From contig CAVQIK010000017.1 of NCBI GenBank assembly GCA_963712535.1, positions 2,451 through 66,450 on the forward strand: a stretch of DNA of 64,000 nt. Direction: 5' to 3'. The DNA comes from an uncultured delta proteobacterium (lineage in GTDB: Bacteria; Desulfobacterota; SM23-61). Below are positions 19,763 to 28,933 of the stretch, in pieces; positions within the stretch are counted from its first letter, which is position 1; each line of letters begins with the position of its first letter. The translations under genes were made by a program, and so were the position numbers. Below the pieces are notes generated by a model. The model saw only the letters and a program-made list of their open reading frames with translations. It was not told the origin of the DNA and did no database searches.

Positions 19763-20530
19763 CTAGGTCAGCGAATATCCTCCATCCACATAAATGGTTT
19801 GACCGGTTACGTATTCCGAGGCATCTGAAGCCAGGTAAATGAGAAGTCCGGTCAGGTCTTCGGGGACGGCCCATCTCTTCAGGGCCGTTCGCTCGCGAAT
19901 TGCCTCGTACTGGTCTGTTTCCTTCTCTTTGAAATGCGCGGTCAATTCCGTCTCCGTGTAACCGGGGGCGATGGCATTCACCCGGATCCCGTGCCGCGCC
20001 CATTCGACCGCCAGCGCTTTGGTCAACTGAGAGACCCCTCCCTTGCTCGCCGTGTAGGCGGAGGCCATAGGGGGAGCAATCAGGCTCCGAAGGGAAGCGA
20101 TGTTTATGATGGCCCCTCTCTTGCTTTTGGCCATTTCTTTCGCCATAGCCTGGCTGCAAAAAAAATAGGCTTTCAGGTTCGTATCCAGAATCCGGTCCCA
20201 CTCCGGTTCGGACAGATCGAGTGCCAGCTTGCGTACGTTCATTCCGGCGTTATTCACGAGGATATCAATCTTGCCCAGTTTTTGGAGGGTCACCTGTATC
20301 AGGTTGGCAAGTTCTTCCGATCGGGTGACATCGGTTTGGCAAACGACGCAGTTTCGACCCAGGGAACGAATCTTTTCGGACAGATCCTCTAATTTCAGCA
20401 GCGTTCGGGCAGCCACCGCCACGTCGGCCCCCGCTTCGGCAAGAGCCAGAGACATTGCTTTCCCGATTCCCCGGCTTGCCCCGGTCACGACGGCCACCCT
20501 CCCTTTGAGAGAAAACTTCTCCAGGATCAT
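19763..20530 (-). CDS. Short-chain dehydrogenase/reductase (KduD/gluconate-5-dehydrogenase-like)
   Basis: TGASRGIG, NNAG, YTASK. Confidence 0.92.
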   Translation of the reverse strand: MILEKFSLKGRVAVVTGASRGIGKAMSLALAEAGADVAVAARTLLKLEDLSEKIRSLGRNCVVCQTDVTRSEELANLIQVTLQKLGKIDILVNNAGMNVRKLALDLSEPEWDRILDTNLKAYFFCSQAMAKEMAKSKRGAIINIASLRSLIAPPMASAYTASKGGVSQLTKALAVEWARHGIRVNAIAPGYTETELTAHFKEKETDQYEAIRERTALKRWAVPEDLTGLLIYLASDASEYVTGQTIYVDGGYSLT

Positions 20531-20583
20531 TTGCCCGCTGTCTTTCTCCCGCTTATCGGAATCAAAAAAATTGCTTTCGGCGG

Positions 20584-21384
20584 CTACCCGATTTTTACGC
20601 TTTCCCCGCCGTCAACGGGCAGCGCCGCCCCGGTGATGAAACCCGCTTCGTCGGAAGCCAGAAAGAGCGCGGCATGGGCGACATCCCAGCCGGTTCCCAT
20701 TTTGCCGCGCAGGGGAACCCTGGCGCCGCGCTCGGCCGCAATTTCCTCGCGGGTTCTCCCCGTGAGTTTCACCCGGGTGTCGACGGCCATGGGAGTGTCC
20801 ATGAGTCCGGGGAGAATGGTGTTCGCGCGGATCCCGTACTTTGCGTTCTGGATGGCGATTTGCTGGGTCAACGCCACGAGGGCCGCCTTGGTCGTCTTGT
20901 AGCCGACCAGCGGGTAATTGGACCAGGCCGCGAGGGAGGAAATGCTGATGATGGCCCCGCTCATCTGGGTCCGCATGACCGGGAGGACATGCTTGCAGGC
21001 CAGGACCATGCCGCGCAAATTGACGGCGACGATCCGGTCAAAGGCCTCCGTGGTGATCTCGGTGATCTGCGCGTCGCCGCCGGCGAGGCTGAAGCCCACG
21101 TTGTAGTGCAGGATATCGATTCTCTTCCACTTTTCCAGGCAGGATGCGATCCCCGCCTTCAGGGAAGCCTCGTCCGTTACATCGGCCTTAAAGGCGTAGG
21201 CCTCTCCCCCTTCTTTCCTGATCATGGCCACCGTGTCCTCGGCGGATGCCAGGTCACGGTCGATCGCCAGCACGCGGGCGCCTTCGCGAGCGAACAGGAC
21301 CGCCGTCGCGCGGCCGTTCCCTATGGTCATTCCGGGCGTCTGCCCGGCGCCTACAATAATCGCCACCTTGTCTTTCAGCCTCAC
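20584..21384 (-). CDS. Short-chain dehydrogenase/reductase
   Basis: GTG start after AAGGAGG; VGAGQ..GNG, YNVG, YKTTK. Confidence 0.9.
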   Translation of the reverse strand: MRLKDKVAIIVGAGQTPGMTIGNGRATAVLFAREGARVLAIDRDLASAEDTVAMIRKEGGEAYAFKADVTDEASLKAGIASCLEKWKRIDILHYNVGFSLAGGDAQITEITTEAFDRIVAVNLRGMVLACKHVLPVMRTQMSGAIISISSLAAWSNYPLVGYKTTKAALVALTQQIAIQNAKYGIRANTILPGLMDTPMAVDTRVKLTGRTREEIAAERGARVPLRGKMGTGWDVAHAALFLASDEAGFITGAALPVDGGESVKIG

Positions 21385-21419
21385 GATGCCTCCTTGCCGG
21401 CCCTTCCCGGGCAGGCCGG

Positions 21420-21447
21420 GTAGGGGCGGTTCGCGAACCGCCCCTAC
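21420..21447. repeat. GTAG-type REP
   Basis: GTAGGGGCGGTTCGCGAACCGCCCCTAC, a perfect palindrome. Confidence 0.85.
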
Positions 21448-21515
21448 ATTGGCCTTTCGATTGTATCCCTTAGGACCCCAGATCAATGAGCCGCCGAGCG
21501 TCTAAGAGAAGCGCA

Positions 21516-22655
21516 TTATTTTGTAAAGAGATGGATCGAGCAGGCGCCATGATCGAGGCCGTATATTCCTCCGCCCGTGCAGTGCGTGAGCCCCACCTTG
21601 GCGTTCTTGACCTGCCGGGCTCCGGCCTGCCCCCGCAGCTGCATCACGATCTCCGTGGTCTGAGCCAGACCCGTGGCGCCGGTCGGATGGCCCTTGGAGA
21701 TGAGCCCTCCGCTGGGATTCACCGGGATCCGGCCGCTTATATCCGTAGCCCCCTCGGCCAGCAGCTTGGGAGCTTCCCCCGGGCCGCAGAAGCCCAACCC
21801 TTCATAATACAGCAGCTCCGCGATGCTGAAGGCGTCGTGAACCTCCGCCAGGCTCACATCCCTGGGGCCCAGCCCGGCCATCTCGTAAGCCATTTTCGAA
21901 GCCCGGACGGTGATCTCCGGCGTGGTCATGTCCCGAAACCCGTTCGTGAATTTCCCGGATACCAGAACCGACCCCTTGATCCAAACGGGATGGCTGCTGT
22001 ACTTCTTGGCCTTCTCGGCGCTGCACAAAACCACCGCCGCGGCTCCGTCACCCGTCGGGCAGCACATGAAGAGCGTCAGCGGGTCGGCGATCATCCGCGA
22101 GCTTAAGACCTGCTCCACCGTCGTCTCTTTGTTGAATTGGGCGTGGGGGTTCTTTGCGGCACACCTCCGGCTCTTCACCACGACCCTGGCCAGGTCCTCG
22201 GCCGTGGCCCCATAATTCTCCATGTACCGCCGCGCGCGCATGGCATAAAGGGCGGGCATCACCATCCCCTGGTTGACCTCCAGGTCTTCCATGGCCAGGG
22301 GCAGGGTCCCCCCGCCCAAGGCGGAAAGCTGCTCGGCTCCCACCGCGATCACCATGTCATACAAGCCGCTGGCCACCCCCAACCAGCCCTCCCGCATCGC
22401 GCTCGACCCGCTGGAGCAGGCATTCTCCATGTTGGAGATGGGGATCCCTGTCATTCCCAGGTCCTTGAAAATCCGCTGTCCCAGCAGCGAACCTCCCAGC
22501 AGCGTGCCCGAATAGGCCGCTTGAATCTCCCTGGGGGGTACGCCGGCATCCTTGATCGCCAAAAGGACGGCTTCCCGCCCCATGGCGGAGAGCATGCGGT
22601 CCGGAAACTTGCCGATCCGGGTCATCCCCACACCGATGACAGCCACATCCCTCAT
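21516..22655 (-). CDS. SCP2-type thiolase family protein
   Basis: ENACSSG, CCPTGDG, EVHDAF, GHPTGATG. Confidence 0.93.
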   Translation of the reverse strand: MRDVAVIGVGMTRIGKFPDRMLSAMGREAVLLAIKDAGVPPREIQAAYSGTLLGGSLLGQRIFKDLGMTGIPISNMENACSSGSSAMREGWLGVASGLYDMVIAVGAEQLSALGGGTLPLAMEDLEVNQGMVMPALYAMRARRYMENYGATAEDLARVVVKSRRCAAKNPHAQFNKETTVEQVLSSRMIADPLTLFMCCPTGDGAAAVVLCSAEKAKKYSSHPVWIKGSVLVSGKFTNGFRDMTTPEITVRASKMAYEMAGLGPRDVSLAEVHDAFSIAELLYYEGLGFCGPGEAPKLLAEGATDISGRIPVNPSGGLISKGHPTGATGLAQTTEIVMQLRGQAGARQVKNAKVGLTHCTGGGIYGLDHGACSIHLFTK

Positions 22656-22752
22656 ATGAAATCTCCTTTCTGCTGAACGGGTATTTTCAGGAGCTTAACC
22701 ACGGAGGCGCAACCCATGAAACGCTCAATTTCCGGCTACCGAATCCTTCCTA

Positions 22753-22913
22753 TAGTGAACGGCTTAAATAAAGTGACATTGGACGAGCGCTCATTGCGAT
22801 TTAAAAATTTCCATACAAAATCCCCCCTTGCCCCCCTTTAATAAAGGGGGGATGGGGGGATTTCTCTTGAGAAAGCTGCACATGCAATGACTACTTTCTT
22901 TTGTCGTCCACTA
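22753..22913 (+). mobile_element. MITE family B variant (161 bp)
   Basis: TA|TAGTGAACGGC...GTCGTCCACTA|TA; internal CCCCCCTTTAATAAAGGGGGG hairpin. Confidence 0.8.
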
Positions 22914-22929
22914 TAGTCAGAATGGAGGT

Positions 22930-22957
22930 GTAGGGGCGACCCGCCGGTCGCCCCTAC
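22930..22957. repeat. GTAG-type REP
   Basis: GTAGGGGCGACC...GGTCGCCCCTAC. Confidence 0.8.
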
Positions 22958-23022
22958 GATAGCAGGGAAGCATTCCCTCTGTGTTCTCTGTGGTTCATTC
23001 TTTTAAGATTTTTGACCGAACT

Positions 23023-23448
23023 TCACAGCGGTCTGAACTTGTAACTCATCACTTCATTTCCCTGTTCGTCTACGGCGACCCTTCCCAGCTCCGCCTGCAC
23101 CTGCGTGTCCACCTTCAACTGCGCCGGGTCGGTGGTGGTGATCTGTCCCAGCACCCTCACCCCTTCGGGGAGATCGACGTACCCGAGGGTGTACGGCGGC
23201 AGAAACCTCTTGGGGGCCACCTGGACCGTGCTGTAGCTGTAAAGCTTCCCCTGGCTGCTCAACTTGACCTTCTCCATCTGGGTCTCTTTCCCCTCGGCAA
23301 AACATCTGGGACAAACCTCCCGGGCGGGGAAATAGCTCTGCTCGCAATTTTTGCAGCGGTTCCCGAGGAGATGAAGCCCGTCCCCCTCGATCACCCACGA
23401 GGATTCGCTCGGGTAGTAAACCGTTTTCTTCTCTTGCGTTCCTTCCAT
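23023..23448 (-). CDS. DUF35 Zn-ribbon/OB-fold protein
   Basis: CKNC..YFP..CPRC; GKLYSYS; PYTLGYVDLPEG. Confidence 0.9.
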   Translation of the reverse strand: MEGTQEKKTVYYPSESSWVIEGDGLHLLGNRCKNCEQSYFPAREVCPRCFAEGKETQMEKVKLSSQGKLYSYSTVQVAPKRFLPPYTLGYVDLPEGVRVLGQITTTDPAQLKVDTQVQAELGRVAVDEQGNEVMSYKFRPL

Positions 23449-23487
23449 GAAAATGTGCCTCCTCTCTTGTCGTCAGTTTCCAATCTA

Positions 23488-23659
23488 TAGGAGACGACAG
23501 AAGTAAGTCGACGTTAACAGGGAACCACGGGGATCAACCCAGTCATCTCCCGAAATCCCCCCAACCCCCCTTTAATAAAGGGGGGCGCGGGGGGATTTCT
23601 GCAGCCCACAGGACATTGGAGTTGAGTTGGCGATGACAAATTATTTATGACGTTCACTA
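23488..23659 (-). mobile_element. MITE family B (172 bp), reverse copy of 5062-5233
   Basis: Near-identical reverse complement; TA on both flanks. Confidence 0.85.
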
Positions 23660-23673
23660 TAACGATCCGCTCG

Positions 23674-24864
23674 CTAAATCACCTTCTCTTGTTTCAAACC
23701 CGCGATCCGTTCTTTGGAGTACCCGAGGTACGCGGACAGGATCTGATCCGTATGCTGGCCCAGGGTGGGAGCGCCCTCGAAGACCTCTTCCCCCATCTCG
23801 GACATCTTGATGGGATTCCCCAGCATCTTGATCTCTTCCCCCAAATGCTCGACGGGCACCACCATCTTCCGGGCAAGAACGGATGGGTCCAGCAGGGCCT
23901 GGGCAACATCGTTCACCGGCCCTACGGGGACGTCGGCCTTGATCAAGAGTTCGACCCACAGATCCCGGTCCTTCTGCAGGAACCTCTTCTCCAGGATTTG
24001 AAAGAGGGCGTCCCGGTTCTTCAACCTCGCCGCCACCGTACTGAACCGTGGGTCCTTCCCCGTTTCAGGAATTCCCAGGGCCTGGCAGACATTCTGGAAG
24101 AATTTGTCCTGGGCCGCGTCGATGGTCAGGTACTTCCCGTCCCTGGCCTTGAAGGCCCGGATGGGCACGGCGGACACGTGCCCCGATCCGACGGGCTCGG
24201 GGATCTCCTTGCCCAGGAGACAGTATTGCGCCCGGTAGGTCATGAGAGAGATTAGCCCATCGAGCATGCCGATGTCCACCTTTTGCCCTTTCCCGGTCAA
24301 CTGACGGAAGTAGAGCGCGCCCAAAACGCCCATGACCGCGAACATGGCCCCGTTCAGGTCTCCCATGGGAATCCCCAGGCGGACCGGCGGCCGGCCGGGC
24401 TCCCCGGTGAAGCTCATCACCCCGGAGTACGCCTGGATCAGGAGATCGAGGGCAGGCCGGTCCTTGTAGGGACTGTCGGACCCGAAACCGGTGACCGAGC
24501 AGGAAATGATCCTCGGGTTTATCTTTTTCAAGCTTTCGTAGTCGATCCGAAACTTCTCGAGCATCCCGCTGCGGAAGTTGTCGTAAACCACGTCCGAGAC
24601 CTTCGCCAGTTCGTAAAAGATCTCCGTGGCCTTGGGATTCCGGAAGTTCAGGGTGAGACTCTTTTTGTTGCGGTTGAAGCTTAAATAATAAGCGCTCTCG
24701 TCCTTGTGGGTGTACTGGCGGAGATTTCGGCTGAGGTCTCCGCCTTCCGGATTCTCAATCTTGATGATCTCGGCGCCCAAGTCTCCCAGGAGCAACGTGC
24801 CGTAGGGTCCGGCGATATACTGGGACAGATCGAGGATTCGCACCCCCTTTAGAATTTCAGCCAT
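23674..24864 (-). CDS. CoA-transferase family III (paralogue of 15101-16285)
   Basis: Same motifs; long identical blocks such as SPYKDRPALDLLIQA. Confidence 0.93.
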   Translation of the reverse strand: MAEILKGVRILDLSQYIAGPYGTLLLGDLGAEIIKIENPEGGDLSRNLRQYTHKDESAYYLSFNRNKKSLTLNFRNPKATEIFYELAKVSDVVYDNFRSGMLEKFRIDYESLKKINPRIISCSVTGFGSDSPYKDRPALDLLIQAYSGVMSFTGEPGRPPVRLGIPMGDLNGAMFAVMGVLGALYFRQLTGKGQKVDIGMLDGLISLMTYRAQYCLLGKEIPEPVGSGHVSAVPIRAFKARDGKYLTIDAAQDKFFQNVCQALGIPETGKDPRFSTVAARLKNRDALFQILEKRFLQKDRDLWVELLIKADVPVGPVNDVAQALLDPSVLARKMVVPVEHLGEEIKMLGNPIKMSEMGEEVFEGAPTLGQHTDQILSAYLGYSKERIAGLKQEKVI

Positions 24865-24989
24865 GGATATCCTCCTTGATGAAATTTCTGCCGGAACGTC
24901 TGACGGCCGCTGGGATCAGGCAAACGCGGCGGGTTCGAAGGCGGGAGGCTAAGCCGGAAGGCTGTCAGGCACGCCACGGCTGCCCTTGC

Positions 24990-26255
24990 TTACCGGGCTT
25001 CGGCAAGGCGTTCCAGGCAGTAGTCCACTTCCTCCCGGGTATTGTAATGGGCCAGGCCGGCCCGAACGACCCCGCCGGTGTCTTCCACGCCGAGGCGCTC
25101 GGTGACCGCCTGGGCGTAAAAGTTTCCCGCCCAGACATAAACCCCGCGGCCGGCCAGAAACTCGGCCACTTGACGGGGGGAGCGGCCGGCCAGGTTGAAA
25201 GCCGCTGTAGGGGTTCGCTGATGGAAGCGCGATGGGTCCTGGATCCCGTAGAAACTCAAACCCGGGACCGCCAGGAGGCCGGCGACAAAATGCTTGAATA
25301 GACCCCGCTCATACACCTGAATGGCTGCCATGGCCTGTTTCAGCTTCCTCCTGCGGCCCTGGAACCCGGGAAAATCCTCCGCGAAAGGAGACCCGGCCTT
25401 CTCCCCGAGTTCCGCGAGGTACTCGACGGCGGCCAGCACTCCGGCTTGAGCTTCATGGTTCTGGGTGCCGGTCTCGAATTTGCCGGGCGGGCGTCCGTCG
25501 GCCGGGCGCACTTTATAGGCCTGCAGCCGGTCCAGCAGATCCTCCCGCCCCCAGACGACCCCCGCGTGGGGGCCGAAAAATTTGTAAGCCGAACAGACCA
25601 GGAAGTCGCATCCGAGGGCCTGGACATCGATGGGCCCGTGAGGGGCGAAGTGAACGGCGTCCACCCAGAGCCAGGCCCCCACGGAATGGGCCATCTCCGC
25701 GATCTTTGCGATCGGGTTGATGGTGCCGACGCAGTTGGATGCATAGCCGACGGCGACGAGCCGGGTGCGGGGGTTCAGAAGGCCGGCCAGCTCGTCCATC
25801 CGAAGGGTGCAGTCGGTTGGGTCGAAGTCGACCTCGCGCACAATCACCCCTCTTTCGCTAAGCGCCTGCCACGGGGACCGGTTCGCGTCGTGGTCCAGGC
25901 GGGTGATGAGGATCTCGTCCCCGGCCGCGAGCTCCCTTCCGATCGCCCGGCTGAACTGAAAGGTGAGGGTGGTCATGTTCGGCCCCATCACGATTTCCCG
26001 GGCTGACGGGGCGTTGAGAAAATCCGCCATCGCCTGGTGGGCGGATTCCAGCACCGAATCACTCCGCCGGCTGGTGAGAAAGGGCCCTCCGTGATTGGCG
26101 TTCGTGTAAGCGAGATAATGAGCCATGGCATCGATGACCTGCTGCGGAACCTGCGTTCCGCCCGGCCCGTCAAAAAAAACCGGCGCTCGCCCTCCATCCA
26201 CCAGGGTTAGAGCCGGGAAGCAGGATCGAACGTAAGATAAGTCTATATCCGGCAC
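24990..26255 (-). CDS. Cysteine desulfurase-like aminotransferase class V protein
   Basis: FDGPGGTQVP, LDHDAN, VDAVH, CSAYKFFGPH, FETGT. Confidence 0.9.
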   Translation of the reverse strand: MPDIDLSYVRSCFPALTLVDGGRAPVFFDGPGGTQVPQQVIDAMAHYLAYTNANHGGPFLTSRRSDSVLESAHQAMADFLNAPSAREIVMGPNMTTLTFQFSRAIGRELAAGDEILITRLDHDANRSPWQALSERGVIVREVDFDPTDCTLRMDELAGLLNPRTRLVAVGYASNCVGTINPIAKIAEMAHSVGAWLWVDAVHFAPHGPIDVQALGCDFLVCSAYKFFGPHAGVVWGREDLLDRLQAYKVRPADGRPPGKFETGTQNHEAQAGVLAAVEYLAELGEKAGSPFAEDFPGFQGRRRKLKQAMAAIQVYERGLFKHFVAGLLAVPGLSFYGIQDPSRFHQRTPTAAFNLAGRSPRQVAEFLAGRGVYVWAGNFYAQAVTERLGVEDTGGVVRAGLAHYNTREEVDYCLERLAEAR

Positions 26256-26354
26256 GGGGACTCCGAAGAAATTGGATTTCGATAGCTGGCTGCTGGAAGC
26301 CGAAATTAACGAGCAAGCGTTCCGGCGCACGGGTTTCCCGGGGAAAACTAGTTG

Positions 26355-26383
26355 ATTATCCGGGGAGGGGATTGGAGTGTCAA
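26355..26383 (-). promoter_or_regulatory. Putative sigma70 promoter
   Basis: TTGACA-17 nt-GATAAT. Confidence 0.55.
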
Positions 26384-26423
26384 GGAAAAAGGTTAGGCGG
26401 ATCCCGCGAACCATGCGCTCTAT

Positions 26424-26452
26424 GTAGGGGCGACCCGCCGGGCCGCCCCTAC
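26424..26452. repeat. GTAG-type REP
   Basis: GTAGGGGCGACCC...GGCCGCCCCTAC. Confidence 0.75.
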
Positions 26453-26563
26453 TGCCCCTGTTCGTCGCCGGGCCTGGTGCCTGAGAAGCATTTGGAATGG
26501 AGAATTTTCTTTGTTAAACTTTAAGCAGGTCACGGTTCTACCTCCCTCCGAAAGGATCGCACC

Positions 26564-27451
26564 TTGGCGGACAAGAGGATCCATATTCCCTCCGATTGGG
26601 AGAAAATAGATATTCCTCAACTCTCCGGGATCTCCATGATCGTTGGCGGCCCGGACGTGGGAAAGAGCACTCTGACCCTCTACCTGTACAGCCGTCTGCG
26701 CGAGGTCTTCCCGCGGCTCGGCTACCTGGATGGAGACCCCGGGCAGTGCGGCCTGGGGCCCCCGGGCTGCATGACCTTGGCTTTCGATGGGCAAGGACAA
26801 GAGGCCTTTCCGCCCGATGGGAAATCCTGGAAGGTCTTTACGGGTTCGACTTCCCCGCGTGGGCACATGGTCCAATTCCTCTCCGCCACCTACCGCCTTA
26901 CCCGGGCGGCCCTCCAGGAGGGCGCTCAGGCAATCGTGTGCGACACCAGCGGCTTCGTGAGTCCTTCCGGCGGCGGGACGACGCTCAAATGGGCCAAGAT
27001 CGAGCTTCTTCGGCCGAAGACGCTCATCGCCATTCAAAGAGAAGAAGAGCTGGAGCCTCTTCTCGCCCCTCTGAGGCGAAGCCGGCGCATGCGGATGATC
27101 GTTATCCCTCCGTCTCCGGAGGCGGTTCGGAGGGATGCGGCGGCTCGCCGGGCCCACCGAACGGAAAAATACAGGGAGTATTTCGCCGGGGCCGGTCCCC
27201 TGCGAGTCCGGTGGACGCGGCTCGCGGTTTTCCCAGGCCCCTCTTTTGAACCCGGCCGCCTGGTAGCGCTGGAGGATGAGGATGGGTTTACTGCCGGGCT
27301 TGGCGTCGTCCAGGAAGTCGAGCGCGAATCACAGGGTCTCGTCCTGTTGTCCCCCTTGAAATCGCTGAAAAATGTCGAGGCCTTACGCGTGGGCGATTTG
27401 CTCGTGGACCCGGTGACCTTTTCCGACCGTCTGGTACCGCTGTACCGGTAA
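26564..27451 (+). CDS. Clp1/Grc3/Nol9-family polynucleotide 5'-hydroxyl kinase
   Basis: Walker A GGPDVGKST, DGDPGQ, FTGSTSP, DTSGFV, lid RDAAARRAHR. Confidence 0.85.
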   Translation: MADKRIHIPSDWEKIDIPQLSGISMIVGGPDVGKSTLTLYLYSRLREVFPRLGYLDGDPGQCGLGPPGCMTLAFDGQGQEAFPPDGKSWKVFTGSTSPRGHMVQFLSATYRLTRAALQEGAQAIVCDTSGFVSPSGGGTTLKWAKIELLRPKTLIAIQREEELEPLLAPLRRSRRMRMIVIPPSPEAVRRDAAARRAHRTEKYREYFAGAGPLRVRWTRLAVFPGPSFEPGRLVALEDEDGFTAGLGVVQEVERESQGLVLLSPLKSLKNVEALRVGDLLVDPVTFSDRLVPLYR

Positions 27452-27622
27452 TAGATGGTGAGAAATCAGGGCTTGTCAGGCATCTTACTCTGCCCCTTTT
27501 CCGGGTGAGAAGGAACGAGACAGGCGGCGGGATGAGAGGCACATTTCTATTGCTCGAAGAGGTTTATTCGATTAACATCTCAGATCGTGAAACGAGGGTC
27601 GGCCATGTTTGGAGAGGAATCC

Positions 27623-27856
27623 ATGGAAGAATACAAAAAAGTTCTCGTACTCGAAAATGAAATCGAGGCCCGGCTGCTCGATTCCGTGCTGGATGAACGG
27701 GACATCCCGCACCGCATCCGGAGCTATCACGATTCCGCCTACGACGGAATTTATCAGGCCCAGAAGGGCTGGGGAATCGTGGAGGCGCCCCTGAAATGGG
27801 AAGAGGAGATCCGCTCCATCTACCGAGGATCTCCCTTTGCAGGATGCGGATCTTAA
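27623..27856 (+). CDS. Small DUF2007-like protein (3' end possibly frameshifted)
   Basis: ENEIEARLLDSVLDERDIPH..SYHDSAYDG..GWG. Confidence 0.65.
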   Translation: MEEYKKVLVLENEIEARLLDSVLDERDIPHRIRSYHDSAYDGIYQAQKGWGIVEAPLKWEEEIRSIYRGSPFAGCGS

Positions 27857-27902
27857 TAATGATGAAGAGAACCCCTGAAGGTTCCCGCGAGGAAAGATCG
27901 GC

Positions 27903-28871
27903 ATGAAAAGAATTGAAACGATTCGCGGGGCGAGGACCATCGTGGAGACCTGCGCCGGGGTGAAGCCCGGGGAAAGCGTGCTCATCCTCACGGACACCAA
28001 CATGGTAAGCATCGCCGAGGTTCTCGCCATGGCCGTGAGGGAGAGAGATGCCGAACCCATTCTCACGATCCTCATCCCCCGGAAGGGCCATGGGGAAGAG
28101 CCTCCAGCCTGCGTGGCCGAGGCGATGAAGAAAGCCGATGTCATCCTGATCCCGGTCAGCACCTCGATCACCCACACGCGGGCGGTGAAGGAAGCGGCGG
28201 CCGCGGGCTCGCGGGCCATCGCGCTGACCGCGTTCACCGAAGACCTTTTGATTCGCGGAGGGATCCAGGCGGATTTCAGGAAGCTGAAACCCATCTGCCT
28301 CGAGGTGGCCCGCCGGTTCGGGGAAGCGAAATCGGTAACGCTGACCTCCCCGGCGGGCACTTCCCTCTCCCTGGAGAAGAAGGGAAGGAGGGGGAACGCC
28401 CTTTACTGCATCGTGGAACCCGGGCAATTCTCTCCGCTGCCGAACGTGGAGGCCAATTTTTCACCCCTGGAAGGCACGGCGGAAGGGGTCATCGTGGCGG
28501 ATGCGAGCATCCCCTACCTGGGGATCGGGCTCTTGAACGAGCCGGTCCGCTGCAAGGTGGAAAAAGGCTTCATCGTGCGGATCGAAGGAGGGGCACAGGC
28601 GGAGGTCCTGAGGAGAGATCTTCAGGCGAGAAAAGATCCGAACTGCTACAACATCGCCGAGCTGGGAGTCGGCCTGAATCCCGAGTCGCGAATGACCGGC
28701 ATCATGCTGGATGACGAGGGCGTCTGGGGTTCGGTTCACATCGGGATCGGGTCGAATCTGACCCTGGGCGGGGAAATCAAGGCTGCCGTTCACTATGACC
28801 TCCTCATGTGGGGCGCAACCATTGAGCTGGATGGAACGCCCATTCTGGAGAGAGGGGAATTGAAAATCTGA
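27903..28871 (+). CDS. Peptidase M29 (aminopeptidase T)/NicX-like metalloprotein
   Basis: VKPGESVLILTD, IAELGVGLNP, DDEG, VHIGIG, HYDL. Confidence 0.8.
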   Translation: MKRIETIRGARTIVETCAGVKPGESVLILTDTNMVSIAEVLAMAVRERDAEPILTILIPRKGHGEEPPACVAEAMKKADVILIPVSTSITHTRAVKEAAAAGSRAIALTAFTEDLLIRGGIQADFRKLKPICLEVARRFGEAKSVTLTSPAGTSLSLEKKGRRGNALYCIVEPGQFSPLPNVEANFSPLEGTAEGVIVADASIPYLGIGLLNEPVRCKVEKGFIVRIEGGAQAEVLRRDLQARKDPNCYNIAELGVGLNPESRMTGIMLDDEGVWGSVHIGIGSNLTLGGEIKAAVHYDLLMWGATIELDGTPILERGELKI

Positions 28872-28933
28872 TATTCGACCGTCGAGCTTTGGTTCACCCC
28901 GCGACTCTGAAGCCGCGGGCAGGGAGGCGCTTT

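Noticed and set aside
24915-24985. c-di-GMP-I riboswitch-like words (GGCAAAC...GCTAAGCC...GGCTGCC)
   Set aside because: No GAAA-capped P2 stem, and it is antisense to the flanking genes.
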